Assembly: GCA_037444505.1 (NCBI GenBank) | Contig: JBBIMH010000021.1 | Coordinates: 1-60,258 of the forward strand | DNA length: 60,258 bases | Source of the DNA: Nitrospirota bacterium | GTDB lineage: Bacteria; Nitrospirota; UBA9217 | Direction of reading: 5' to 3' | Shown: positions 16,144 to 25,479 of the stretch, piece after piece | Position numbering within the stretch: position 1 is the stretch's first letter | How the letters are laid out: every line of letters starts with the position of its first letter | Translations under genes and position numbers: made by a program | Notes under the pieces: generated by a model | Seen by the model: only the letters and a program-made list of their open reading frames with translations | Told to the model about the DNA's origin: nothing | The model's database searches: none

Positions 16144-19062
16144 TCATTTGGTGCGGACGATCGCCTCGTTGACGCACTCGATAAGGGCGCTGGGGGAAAA
16201 TGGTTTGAGAATAAATCTTCGGCCTGGGGAAAGCAGGCCTTTATCCCGCAGCATGTCCTCTGTATAACCGCTCATGAACAGCACCTTGACGTCCGGTCTG
16301 ATCTTGAGAATGGCGTCACATACCTCTGTTCCGTTCATCTTCGGCATCATAATATCAATGACCGCAAGCCCTATCCCGTCGACCGACTGCCTGAACCGAG
16401 CCACGGCCTCTTCGCCGTCAGATGCCTCTATCACCATATACCCGCTCGCCTCAAGCGCAGCCCGAGCGAATCTCCGGACATCTTCATCATCGTCCGCTAC
16501 AAGCACAGCCTTCGACATATCTATTCCGGTCGCAACATACTCCGGCTGCCGATGAATGATCGCCTGATCGAGCAAGGGGAGGAAGACGCGGAAGGTGGAG
16601 CCCTTTCCGAGCTCGCTCTCTACCGTTATATATCCCTTGTGAAGCTTCACAATCTCATAGGCGATGGCAAGGCCGAAACCCGTGCCACTACCTTCTTTCT
16701 TTGTGGTGAAGAATGGCTCGAATATCTTCTCCCTCGTCTTATCATCCATACCCACGCCTGTATCGGACACGTAGAGGACGGCGTAGTTCCCCTTCCTGAC
16801 GAAGCCGTGCATCTTGATGAACTCGTCGTCCACGTACGCCAATTCCGTGCCGATGATCAACCTTCCGCCGGACGGCATGGCATCCCTCGCATTGACCACG
16901 AGATTCATGATGACCCTGTCCATCTGGCTGGTGTCCGCAGCGACCGCGATGGAATCCTGGGCGAGCCTCACCACGAGCTCTATGCTCTCTCCGATCACGC
17001 CCAGCAAGAGCTTCTCCATCCCGCGGACGATGTCATTGAGATCTGCAGGCTTGAGATTCACGACCTGCTTCCTGCCGAACGAGAGGAGGCTATGGGTGAG
17101 ATTTGCAGCACGTTCGGTGGCTGACATAATCTGGTCGATATGCCTGCGGAGCGGATCGTCCTTGTCCATCTTCATCTGGAGTAGTGCGCCGTGCCCCACT
17201 ATGGTTGTGAGTATATTGTTGAAGTCGTGCGCCACGCCTGCGGCGAGCTTGCCTATGGCCTCCATCTTCTGGACATTGCGCAACCTGCCCTCCAAGGCCA
17301 CGCGCTCTGTGATATTGAAGAGTGTGCAGACGACAGCATCTCCGCCGGCGTATTCTATGTGCCCGGTGGTCATAAGCACCCATATCTCCTCACCATCCTT
17401 GCGCATGATCTTGAACTCGTACTGTTGTGGGCCTCGGTCTGAGTAGAGGTCATCGGAGCGGAGGTTGCTTACGAGGTCCCTGTAGGCTGGGTGCACAATG
17501 TCCATGAATCTTATGCGGCGCAAATCACCTCTATTGTAACCGGTGATAGCCTCGCCTGCAGGATTCACATATAGAAACTCGCCGTTTCTGTGTATGAAGA
17601 TCGCGGCCGGCGTGGTCTCTGCAAGTGCACGGAAACGCTCTTCGCTCTCGAGTAGAGATTGCTTCACCCTCCTCGCCTCGTCATACAACCTGGCATTCTC
17701 GATCGCCACGGCGGTCTGGGAGGCGAGAGTCTCGAGGAGCTCAATATCGCTCTGAATATACGGCTCGCCGCTCCTCTTAGGACCGAGCACAAGCACGCCC
17801 TGCATAACTGCCTTGATTACCATCGGAACGAACAGTATGTCCGCGTCCGGCGACGCATCATCCGCGGCAAGGTCCGGGCACTCATCCGAAAGCATATCAA
17901 CCAGTTCATGCCTCAGCATGGCATGCCCCGCCTGCTTCAGAAGCCGGGCGACACACTCTGGTAGGGTTTTGTCCATGCCCCGCGTCTCGGCGATAGACGG
18001 ATACAGTCCATAACCCCCGTCGGATCCGGTCAGGTAAAGACTGATCCGATCCACGCCGAAGCTCTTTCTTATATTGCCGATGATATAATTCAACAGCGAA
18101 TCAAGGTCGAGAATAGATGTGATCGCATCAAGTGAGCGCTTCAGGATAATTTGATATTCATATCTGTCCTTCACTATGATCCGCCTCATCCACTCGATGA
18201 TGCGGCGGGTGAAGGGCGTGCCGAAGAAGATGAGACCCACGACCGAGGGCGATACAACGAGTGCGATCCCTATGCCTGTGAGCGGCCTCGTCAGCTCGAA
18301 GAGCGGCCACGAAAAGCCGAAAAACAGCACAGAGACGAGCAATATGGAGATGGTATCCGAGACCACGATCCTGATGTCAAACAAGCGATGGCGCGTAATG
18401 GCATAAAACGTGAGCGCCACCCACGGAAGGCTGAAATATGCGCCGAGTGAGGGATTCACCCCGAATTCGCCGAAGACCTGCGCAAGACCGACTACTGCCA
18501 CGCCTCCAGCAGCGAATATCAGCGTGCCGTAGAACATGAAATCGAGCTGTCTCCTGCGGACGTAACTTACCTCTCTTCTCAGGCGCATGATGTCGATCAT
18601 GATCCAGATTATCATCGACGAGCCCAGTATTCTAAGCGGATCTTCGAGTGGACCGCGCCGATTTATGTACGGGATGAGAGAGGCGTCTCCGGGCTCAATG
18701 GCATCAGTAAGAAGGGTGAGCAGTAGCACCGCAGTCCAGAAGGGATAGAGGATCCATCCGATCCTGCGGGCCGCAAGGCTGTTTTCGTCCCTGAGATAAT
18801 GCAAAAACTGGAGGCAGGCTGGTATGCTGAGCCAGCCTATCCAGGCAGCCCTGTTGAAGAGGTTAAAATCCTTGCCGAGGGAGGCGAGGATGTATGATAC
18901 GGCATTGGCGAGGACATAGGCTGCAGAGAGGAATGAGAACGTCGCCACAGACTTGTTCAACCTGCTCTTGAGAGGATTGTACCTGATAAGAAGTGCACCG
19001 AGATATATCTGGAGCCCTGCGACTATGAACAAGGGGTAACCGAATATCTCGAAGAGGTTCAT
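16144..19062 (-). CDS. Hybrid sensor histidine kinase (multi-TM sensor, GAF, PAS, HisKA, HATPase, receiver)
   Basis: About 8 N-terminal hydrophobic helices. H-box ([13 protein letters not shown]), N/G boxes ([23 protein letters not shown]) and a C-terminal receiver ([10 protein letters not shown]...DIMMPKMNG). Confidence 0.85.
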   Translation of the reverse strand: MNLFEIFGYPLFIVAGLQIYLGALLIRYNPLKSRLNKSVATFSFLSAAYVLANAVSYILASLGKDFNLFNRAAWIGWLSIPACLQFLHYLRDENSLAARRIGWILYPFWTAVLLLTLLTDAIEPGDASLIPYINRRGPLEDPLRILGSSMIIWIMIDIMRLRREVSYVRRRQLDFMFYGTLIFAAGGVAVVGLAQVFGEFGVNPSLGAYFSLPWVALTFYAITRHRLFDIRIVVSDTISILLVSVLFFGFSWPLFELTRPLTGIGIALVVSPSVVGLIFFGTPFTRRIIEWMRRIIVKDRYEYQIILKRSLDAITSILDLDSLLNYIIGNIRKSFGVDRISLYLTGSDGGYGLYPSIAETRGMDKTLPECVARLLKQAGHAMLRHELVDMLSDECPDLAADDASPDADILFVPMVIKAVMQGVLVLGPKRSGEPYIQSDIELLETLASQTAVAIENARLYDEARRVKQSLLESEERFRALAETTPAAIFIHRNGEFLYVNPAGEAITGYNRGDLRRIRFMDIVHPAYRDLVSNLRSDDLYSDRGPQQYEFKIMRKDGEEIWVLMTTGHIEYAGGDAVVCTLFNITERVALEGRLRNVQKMEAIGKLAAGVAHDFNNILTTIVGHGALLQMKMDKDDPLRRHIDQIMSATERAANLTHSLLSFGRKQVVNLKPADLNDIVRGMEKLLLGVIGESIELVVRLAQDSIAVAADTSQMDRVIMNLVVNARDAMPSGGRLIIGTELAYVDDEFIKMHGFVRKGNYAVLYVSDTGVGMDDKTREKIFEPFFTTKKEGSGTGFGLAIAYEIVKLHKGYITVESELGKGSTFRVFLPLLDQAIIHRQPEYVATGIDMSKAVLVADDDEDVRRFARAALEASGYMVIEASDGEEAVARFRQSVDGIGLAVIDIMMPKMNGTEVCDAILKIRPDVKVLFMSGYTEDMLRDKGLLSPGRRFILKPFSPSALIECVNEAIVRTK

Positions 19063-19301
19063 AAACGGGCTCCATAGAAGGATGGCGATAAGGAACTAGC
19101 GAATAATCCTCGCAAATATCTTAAATGATAGCATAAAGGCGCATAGTGTCAAACTAAAAAAATTCGGATAATTTGCCGAAAAGATGGAGGAATGGCAACC
19201 ATTATTTTGGGTAATATTACCCAAGCATTTACTTGACAAAATTTCTCCCCATGATATTCTTTACCTCAGCAAAAAGGTATTATGTATAAGGAGGAAGATA
19301 T

Positions 19302-20513
19302 ATGAAAAAGATACGGATACTGAGCTTTCTAATCTTGCTCTTTTCAGCGCCTTCGCTCGTACACAGCCAGCCTTTCACCATTGTCGGGCCGCGCGCGCTC
19401 GGCATGGGCGGCGCATCTGTCGCTGCGGTTAACGACGCCACAGCGGTATACTGGAACCCTGCCGCGCTCGCTGATTTCATGAAATTCGAGATACGCATAC
19501 CTGCCGGCGCAGCCATCAGAGACCACATATCTCTCCAGGACAAGTGGGACAGGATCATTGAGATAGAAGGTTTGATAAATACATTGGATGCCCTGGCGCT
19601 GACAGAGTTCGATCAGTTGCTGACGGACCTCGAAAAACCCGGCACAGGCACTGACCTCGACGCCAACACAGGCCTGTATATATCGATACCTCTTAGCAAG
19701 TCTGCCATCGCAATAAGCAGCCCTGCATTCGGCTACGCAGGGCTTTATCCTACCATTGATACATACAATCGAAATACCAGCACGACACCGCCTCCGCCTA
19801 CTGATTCCATCGTAAACAACAACTCTGCTGTCACAGGCATAGGCGTGGTGACTGTCGAGCCTACTTTTTCATTTGCAACGAAACTCGGAGAAAAGGTCTT
19901 CGTCGGCGCGAATGCAAAGATGATATATGCATCTACATTCATCCACACCGACGATATAAGGACAGGAGATATAAATGACTTCATAGACAACCTGGATGCG
20001 AGCCAGACAGACAGCAGCAAACCCGGTTTTGACGCAGGCGTGATCATAAAGCCGACGAAGTCTCTCAATATAGGCGTCGTCGCCAGAAATCTCAACTCGC
20101 CCTCCTTCCCGGTCAAGGGGTATATAGCCGAGAAGCAGCCATCCGGAGACGTAACGACTATATATTCCGAAGGAGAGGTGAAGCTCGAGCCCCAATACAG
20201 GGCAGGCATTGCCTTCAAACCATTCGGTTTTCTGACCCTTTCTGCTGATTACGACATATCTAAGAATAAAAGCATAGGCATTCCAGGCTACGAAGACCAG
20301 ACAGCAGCTGCAGGGCTGGAGATCACCCTCCCGAAGGAGATCATAAGCATCCGGGGCGGGGTGTACAAGAACATGGCGGATGACAATGCCAACTTGGTAT
20401 ATACAGCAGGCCTCGGCATAAGACTCTTCTTCCTTCGTGTGGATGTTGCAGGCGCATACGACTTCGAGGAGCAGGAGGCCCAGGTCGCTGCGAACCTTGC
20501 GCTCAGGTTCTGA
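19302..20513 (+). CDS. Outer-membrane beta-barrel protein (TraF_2/PorV-like N-terminal motif)
   Basis: Signal peptide, then ALGMGGASVAAVNDATAVYWNPAALA, alternating beta-strand pattern and terminal ...NLALRF. AAGGAGG RBS upstream. Confidence 0.6.
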   Translation: MKKIRILSFLILLFSAPSLVHSQPFTIVGPRALGMGGASVAAVNDATAVYWNPAALADFMKFEIRIPAGAAIRDHISLQDKWDRIIEIEGLINTLDALALTEFDQLLTDLEKPGTGTDLDANTGLYISIPLSKSAIAISSPAFGYAGLYPTIDTYNRNTSTTPPPPTDSIVNNNSAVTGIGVVTVEPTFSFATKLGEKVFVGANAKMIYASTFIHTDDIRTGDINDFIDNLDASQTDSSKPGFDAGVIIKPTKSLNIGVVARNLNSPSFPVKGYIAEKQPSGDVTTIYSEGEVKLEPQYRAGIAFKPFGFLTLSADYDISKNKSIGIPGYEDQTAAAGLEITLPKEIISIRGGVYKNMADDNANLVYTAGLGIRLFFLRVDVAGAYDFEEQEAQVAANLALRF

Positions 20514-20587
20514 CAAATCTGCGATATGGCGCACCTGACACGGCCGGTATCCTGACCGGCCGTGTATTTTATACAAGGAGCCGTTCG

Positions 20588-21568
20588 TTGACATATAGAA
20601 TTCTCTTATCTATATTGCTGGGCGTGCTGTTTATTTCATCTTCGAGCTATGCTCAAAGTTTAGCAGAAGGCGGACAATTTGACAGCTTTTTTGGAATTGA
20701 AGAATGGCTTACATCCGGAGACGCGGGATGGCAGATATCGTTTCCTTACACCGATGCCGACAGCGGCGGAAACGGCTCCGGAAGGATAGAATCAGAGCTG
20801 CGCTTCAGGCATATCAACGGTCCTGTTACGATAATCCATGCTTCAGGCGCATTAGGTCCTGAATGGAGGCTCGACGCATCAATAGGTTTCGGGACTATAA
20901 GCGGAGGCAGAGGGACGGACACCGACCGTGACTATCCATCAGCAGGCGGGGTAATCGTCTTTTCCGAATCCACCCAAGACATCGCCGGAGACATCTCCCG
21001 CTATGCAATAGACTTATCTTATAGAAAGACATATCCTGACCGTAACCGATCACCTTGGGCAGTCATGCTCGGTTTTCTCCATTATGAAGACAGTCTCGCG
21101 ATCACGAACGGCGTACAGACCATATCCAAGCCTGGATGGTGGTGGGATCCATATTCGAACCCTCCCCTCGGCCCATTCTCCGGCCTTCATTCCACATATG
21201 ACTTCTCCTGGAGTGTCGTCAAGGTCGGGGCGTCTTATCAATACAGCTCGAGCAGCGGCGTCTCTCTTTCAGGGGCATTGTCGGCCTATCCATTCGTAAA
21301 CTATCAGGGAGAAGGCTACTGGAACCTGCGCGGCATGACATTTACACACAAGGCGACCACCGGTTTCGGTTACGAGGCGGTCTTTGAAATAGAATTTCCA
21401 TTGACCGATACAGCCGAATTGAGCGCAGGGTACCGCTATTTTCATCTCAAGGCCGAGAATGGAACCGACACCACCTATTTCTCCGGAGTGTATGGCGGTG
21501 CAGCGAATCTCGACTTTGCAGAGGTCACCCGGCAAGGTGCGTATGCAGGGCTGTTATTCAGGTTCTGA
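20588..21568 (+). CDS. Outer-membrane beta-barrel protein, family unassigned
   Basis: Signal peptide ending SSYAQS, aromatic-rich amphipathic strands and terminal GLLFRF. The start codon is non-ATG in the ORF track, so the exact start is uncertain. Confidence 0.5.
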   Translation: MTYRILLSILLGVLFISSSSYAQSLAEGGQFDSFFGIEEWLTSGDAGWQISFPYTDADSGGNGSGRIESELRFRHINGPVTIIHASGALGPEWRLDASIGFGTISGGRGTDTDRDYPSAGGVIVFSESTQDIAGDISRYAIDLSYRKTYPDRNRSPWAVMLGFLHYEDSLAITNGVQTISKPGWWWDPYSNPPLGPFSGLHSTYDFSWSVVKVGASYQYSSSSGVSLSGALSAYPFVNYQGEGYWNLRGMTFTHKATTGFGYEAVFEIEFPLTDTAELSAGYRYFHLKAENGTDTTYFSGVYGGAANLDFAEVTRQGAYAGLLFRF

Positions 21569-21669
21569 TTATGATTCGCCCTCCATCCCTCTAAGCTGCA
21601 TAACTTGCGCATTCCGCAAGCCCGCCTCTATATAGGGCTCTTACCCACAATCCCGCTCGAAAAAAGCAC

Positions 21670-21714
21670 TTGACATGAAGACTGCTCTTTTGTATAGTTA
21701 TGTGCATATGCACA
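21670..21714 (+). promoter_or_regulatory. Sigma70-type promoter with an overlapping perfect palindromic operator
   Basis: TTGACA (21670..21675), a 17-nt spacer, TATAGT (21693..21698), then the perfect 14-bp palindrome TGTGCATATGCACA (21701..21714), 16 nt before the DUF134 ATG. Confidence 0.55.
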
Positions 21715-21729
21715 AAATGGTGATGGGAC

Positions 21730-22032
21730 ATGTCTCCAAGGTATAAGAAGCCCAGGGCGTGCGGGTGCAGGTTCCGCGGCAGGGCGTTCAAGCCCACAGG
21801 CATCCCTATGGCCGAAATCGGCCGGGTGATCCTATATCGCGACGAACTCGAGGCGCTCCGCCTCTGCGACCTCCAAGACCTGACGCAGGAAGAGGCAGGG
21901 GAGCGAATGGGCATATCCCGCGGGACAGTACAACGCATTCTCACTGCTGGGAGAAAGAAGGTGGCGCAGGCGCTCACAAGAGGCGAGGCTATAGTATTCG
22001 AAGAATATCCAGACCAAAGGAGGAACACATAA
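21730..22032 (+). CDS. DUF134 (UPF0251) small DNA-binding protein
   Basis: Characteristic N-terminus (PRYKKPRACGCRFRGRAFKPTG) followed by a sigma70-region-4-like HTH (LTQEEAGERMGISRGTVQRIL). Confidence 0.8.
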   Translation: MSPRYKKPRACGCRFRGRAFKPTGIPMAEIGRVILYRDELEALRLCDLQDLTQEEAGERMGISRGTVQRILTAGRKKVAQALTRGEAIVFEEYPDQRRNT

Positions 22033-22415
22033 TGAAGATATGCTTTCCGGTACAGAATGACGAAGGTATCAACAGCAGGGTGTATAATCACTTCGGCTCC
22101 GCACCCATGTTCATCGTAGTGGACACGGACACAGGAGACGTCTCCACGATATCGAATGGAGATAGATACCACGTTCACGGCGCATGCAATCCGCTGAAGG
22201 CGCTGAACAACAGGAAGATAGACGCCGTGGTCGTGGGAGGCATCGGCGCCGGAGCGCTCAACAGGCTCAATGAACAGGGAATCCGGGTCTATCGTGCTGA
22301 GGCCGAAAACATTGGAGAGAACCTCGTCCTCTTCAACACCCGGCGGCTTCAGGAGATAGCTTTCGAATCGTGCTGCGGCGGCCGCGGCTCGAAGAGCGGT
22401 TGCGCTCATCATTAA
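22032..22415 (+). CDS. NifB/NifX-like (dinitrogenase FeMo-cofactor-binding domain) protein with Cys-rich tail
   Basis: MKICFPV...HFGSAPMFIVVD...KIDAVVVGGIGAGALNRLNEQGIRVY fits the Nitro_FeMo-Co fold. TAATG start/stop overlap with DUF134. The C-terminus is CCGGRGSKSGCAHH. Confidence 0.8.
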   Translation: MKICFPVQNDEGINSRVYNHFGSAPMFIVVDTDTGDVSTISNGDRYHVHGACNPLKALNNRKIDAVVVGGIGAGALNRLNEQGIRVYRAEAENIGENLVLFNTRRLQEIAFESCCGGRGSKSGCAHH

Positions 22416-22434
22416 TACATAGAGGAGGCATCAC

Positions 22435-22782
22435 ATGGAACCATTGAATCGGGTTCGGGGTTTCAGCTACATGTTAGGCGTGTTCCAAAATCAGCAGAAC
22501 GACCCGTTCTGCCGCTCGTGCAATTCATATGCAACTGTCCTGTCTGCGATGAAGGAAGGCATCTCCAAGTTCGAAACGGAGAATAAAGGCTTCATAAAAG
22601 GGCTCGATGAACGATTCTCGCGCCTCTTTGCAGAGGCGAAGGCCGGGATCATGGCGATAAAGGCCCCGGAAAACCCTTTAAGGCAGAAAAAGGAGGGCAA
22701 CTGCAGACTGCCTGAAGGCGTATGTTTCCTCAAGAACTCCATGGCCATACTGCAGAAGGCTGAGCCTCAAGCATCAGCCTGA
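22435..22782 (+). CDS. Hypothetical protein with two Cys pairs (CxxC ... Cx6C)
   Basis: GAGGAGG RBS 7 nt before the ATG, 19 nt after the upstream stop. I recognise no family. Confidence 0.5.
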   Translation: MEPLNRVRGFSYMLGVFQNQQNDPFCRSCNSYATVLSAMKEGISKFETENKGFIKGLDERFSRLFAEAKAGIMAIKAPENPLRQKKEGNCRLPEGVCFLKNSMAILQKAEPQASA

Positions 22783-22908
22783 AACCTATCCTCTCCGACC
22801 CCCCCCTTGCCTCAAGAGGGGGCGGCCCTTACTGTGCTATAATTATAATATAACACCGGCAAAAATTTAGACAGACAGACTCCTAATTCCAACAAAGAGG
22901 GGGATGAG

Positions 22909-23409
22909 ATGAATGCGCTCGAGATCGCAATGAAGATGGAGACGGATTCAATAAAGTTCTACACAGAAGCGGCTCAAAAGACGAAATATCCCGCCGGAAA
23001 GAAGATGTTCGAGACCGTCGCAGAGGATGAAAAGCGGCACCTGCAGATGATCTCGGACATCATCAAAGGGCTGGATATAAAGCCCGGTGATGTGAGCCCC
23101 ATGAGGCGCGTAAAGACCGTCTTCGAGTCTATGAAAGAGCAGATGATGAAAAAGGTGGAGGCGAGCTCGGACGAACTCGAGGCATTCAAGATCGCCATGC
23201 GGATGGAGCAGGAGGGTGAGGCCTTTTACAAAAAGTCCATGCAAGAGGCGAGGACTGAAAAGGAGAAGGCCCTATTCGAGAGGCTCATCGAGGAGGAGCG
23301 GCAGCACTATCAGATCTTCGCCAATACATACTACTTTCTTTCCAATACCGGTAGCTGGTTCCTCTGGGAGGAGCATTCTATAGTAGACGGAGGCACTCCC
23401 TGGGCGTGA
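22909..23409 (+). CDS. Ferritin-like/rubrerythrin-family diiron four-helix-bundle protein (no rubredoxin domain)
   Basis: Two repeats of the E...ExxH pattern (METDSIKFY...EDEKRHLQMI and MEQEGEAFY...EEERQHYQIF). GAGGGGG RBS. Confidence 0.75.
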   Translation: MNALEIAMKMETDSIKFYTEAAQKTKYPAGKKMFETVAEDEKRHLQMISDIIKGLDIKPGDVSPMRRVKTVFESMKEQMMKKVEASSDELEAFKIAMRMEQEGEAFYKKSMQEARTEKEKALFERLIEEERQHYQIFANTYYFLSNTGSWFLWEEHSIVDGGTPWA

Positions 23410-23428
23410 GACCAGAAAGGAGGCAGCC

Positions 23429-23704
23429 ATGACTTACACTATTGCGGATTTGAAGAACAAGATACTGGAGATGTATCCGGAGATAAAAGAGCACAATCTA
23501 TCAGTAGATATCAGCTTCGATCTCTCTAAGAATGCGTATATAGCCGCATTCACCCGTGGGAGTGAGAAGCTCACCACCCACATAGAAAAGCATGACGCAG
23601 ACGAATGCATGAACGGGATAAAATGCGTATATCTCGGTGTGCAGGTGGCGCAGTTCATAAGGAACTTCGAGGAGAAAGAGGAGTTTTCACGCAAGGCCGC
23701 ATAA
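23429..23704 (+). CDS. Hypothetical 91-aa protein
   Basis: AAGGAGG RBS, 19 nt after the ferritin-like stop. I recognise no family. Confidence 0.5.
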   Translation: MTYTIADLKNKILEMYPEIKEHNLSVDISFDLSKNAYIAAFTRGSEKLTTHIEKHDADECMNGIKCVYLGVQVAQFIRNFEEKEEFSRKAA

Positions 23705-23723
23705 AATCCGACGGAAAGGAAGA

Positions 23724-23753
23724 GCTGCCCCGCGGAGCGTGCCGTGGGGCAGC
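23724..23753. terminator. GC-rich hairpin shared by the two convergent transcription units
   Basis: GCTGCCCC (23724..23731) pairs with GGGGCAGC (23746..23753) around a 14-nt loop. It lies 20 nt after the + strand stop and 30 nt after the minus-strand mini-ORF stop. U-tracts are weak on both sides. Confidence 0.55.
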
Positions 23754-23782
23754 AGTCACTTGGCAATCCCGCCCATTCCGAA

Positions 23783-23845
23783 TCAGCAGGAGCTCTTGCA
23801 CTTGCATGTCACAGACAGCTTCTTAGAGACTTTTCTGATGGTCAT
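23783..23845 (-). CDS. 20-aa Cys-rich peptide MTIRKVSKKLSVTCKCKSSC, candidate RiPP precursor (not in the ORF track)
   Basis: My manual translation of the minus strand. A GAAGGAGG RBS sits 7 nt upstream of the ATG at 23845. The ORF starts 25 nt after the radical-SAM/SPASM stop and ends in TGA at 23783..23785, followed by the hairpin. Confidence 0.55.
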   Translation of the reverse strand: MTIRKVSKKLSVTCKCKSSC

Positions 23846-23870
23846 GACATTACCTCCTTCTTTAGAATAG

Positions 23871-25028
23871 TTATATTATACCATACAGGGCGCATCTATA
23901 GAGGTCCTTTCCGCCCCTGCCGGATATGAGCTCAGCCCTGTATCTGCATCCTCCGCGGCATAGCTCAAGATACTCGCAATCGCAATCGAGCTGCGACAGG
24001 AGGACAGGCCTTATCCTCTTCCAGCAGTTCGCAAGCCCCTCGCTGATGTTTCCCACGGAATCTTCTAGGCTGTTGTAGAATGTGCACTTGGCCGCCCTTC
24101 CGTCGGGAAGCACCGCCATGAGATGCAGCCCGCAGCCGAAGCCCTCGCCGGTTCCGTGGATGCCTCCGCCGTAGCCGTAACTCAGATACCTGCCGCCCTC
24201 CGTCGGGCTGAGTTTGAGATCATCATTTTTTCTTAGTCTTCCTGTATCGCAGGGTATGTCCACAGTCCAGTCCTTTATCCCCATCTGCTTGAAGAGCCGC
24301 TCCATCTCATCTAAGTCCGAGAGATTCCGTTTGTGGACCATAGTGGCGATGGACACATGCAGCCCCGCTTCAAGGCAGCGTCTGACTCCGTCCATAGCGC
24401 GGAGGAAGCTGCCGTCCCCCCTGATCGAGTCATGCGCATCCTTCATCCCGTCAATGCTGATCTGAACCTCATGGACTTTCAATTCTCGTACGGTTTCGTC
24501 GCTCAGAAGGAGGCCGTTGGTGAACAGCACCGTCCTTACGCCGAAAGCCGGCAGCATATCGTTTATCTCCCGGAATCCGCTGTGAAGCAGCGGCTCTCCA
24601 CCTGTTATCATCACCCTCAGTCCCTGCATTGCCTCGAATTCTCTGAGCACCTTCCGCACCTGTTCTATCGCCAGATCCTGATGGGGCTTTTCGTCTATGT
24701 AGCAATGCCTGCATCTCAGATTGCAGCGGTCCGTGATCTGGAGCTCTATGTATCTCAGCGAGGGGACAGGCGCCGGTGCAAGGGGAGGCCTCTTTATATC
24801 CACCTTCTCGGTTGTGACGATGCCCTCATCAAGGCAGTAGTCGATAAAGGCGCTGTCCCGCGTTTCGCACCCGGCCTCGGTCGCGCATGACCTGAGAAAT
24901 TCATACGAGACCTCGTCGAGCTCGTATAGCTCGTCATTAGCTATCTGATATACAGACGGGACCTCGAGCTGTTTTAGAACCGCCTGGGGAGACAGATAAT
25001 AACGCATAGACCTGCACTCTCTATCCAA
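23871..25028 (-). CDS. Radical-SAM/SPASM-domain peptide-modifying enzyme with an N-terminal RRE-like extension
   Basis: CX3CX2C (DRCNLRCRHCY) and GGEPL. The C-terminus has a full SPASM cysteine pattern (CGLHLMAVLPDGRAAKC ... CDCEYLELCRGGC ... C). About 90 aa before the core resemble a PqqD-like recognition element. The start could instead be the ATG at 25007. Confidence 0.85.
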   Translation of the reverse strand: MDRECRSMRYYLSPQAVLKQLEVPSVYQIANDELYELDEVSYEFLRSCATEAGCETRDSAFIDYCLDEGIVTTEKVDIKRPPLAPAPVPSLRYIELQITDRCNLRCRHCYIDEKPHQDLAIEQVRKVLREFEAMQGLRVMITGGEPLLHSGFREINDMLPAFGVRTVLFTNGLLLSDETVRELKVHEVQISIDGMKDAHDSIRGDGSFLRAMDGVRRCLEAGLHVSIATMVHKRNLSDLDEMERLFKQMGIKDWTVDIPCDTGRLRKNDDLKLSPTEGGRYLSYGYGGGIHGTGEGFGCGLHLMAVLPDGRAAKCTFYNSLEDSVGNISEGLANCWKRIRPVLLSQLDCDCEYLELCRGGCRYRAELISGRGGKDLYRCALYGII

Positions 25029-25124
25029 TCTCTCTCGTCCCTACGTGCCGGCTGAAAGAGTTTTATTATAATTATACACCATGCGACCGGGTCTGTTATA
25101 ATCCGAATGGGAGGGCATGTGATC

Positions 25125-25439
25125 ATGCCGCGTATATTCTGTGCAAGATACTGTAAATACTACAAGCCCGGCAAGGAAGAGATGTCTTGCATGGCGTATT
25201 CTGAAATAAACCGCCTCGAGCTGACGGATCTTCGCATAGAGCTCGGGCATAGGGATGAGCATGCGGCATATGGCAGAATATTGGATGATCTGAGACGGTC
25301 GTTATGCCTGAGATGCGAATTTTATGAGGATGGCTGCGACTTCATAGCCTCGAATGGAAATATCACTCCCTGCGGGGGACTGCTCGTTTTGGCGTATATG
25401 ATATCCTCGGGCAGGATAAAATATGATGATGTAAAATAG
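25125..25439 (+). CDS. Small Cys-rich protein (9 Cys in 104 aa), function unknown
   Basis: GGGAGGG RBS before the ATG at 25125. A TATAAT at 25097..25102 would exclude the upstream ATG at 25107. Cys motifs are CARYC, CLRCEFYEDGC and PCGG. It lies directly upstream of the oxidoreductase genes. Confidence 0.5.
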   Translation: MPRIFCARYCKYYKPGKEEMSCMAYSEINRLELTDLRIELGHRDEHAAYGRILDDLRRSLCLRCEFYEDGCDFIASNGNITPCGGLLVLAYMISSGRIKYDDVK

Positions 25440-25479
25440 AAGAGGCAGGTTAGCTTTTATTCCTAATAAAGGGGCGTAT

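Noticed and set aside
15751-17124. 457-aa + strand ORF spanning the radA / histidine-kinase junction.
   Set aside because: It is antisense to two well-supported genes and crosses their intergenic gap. There are no motifs and the composition mirrors the opposite strand.
21591-22412. 273-aa minus-strand ORF covering the DUF134/NifX-like region.
   Set aside because: The + strand genes have family motifs, a strong promoter, RBSs and a TAATG coupling. The minus-strand product has no recognisable features.
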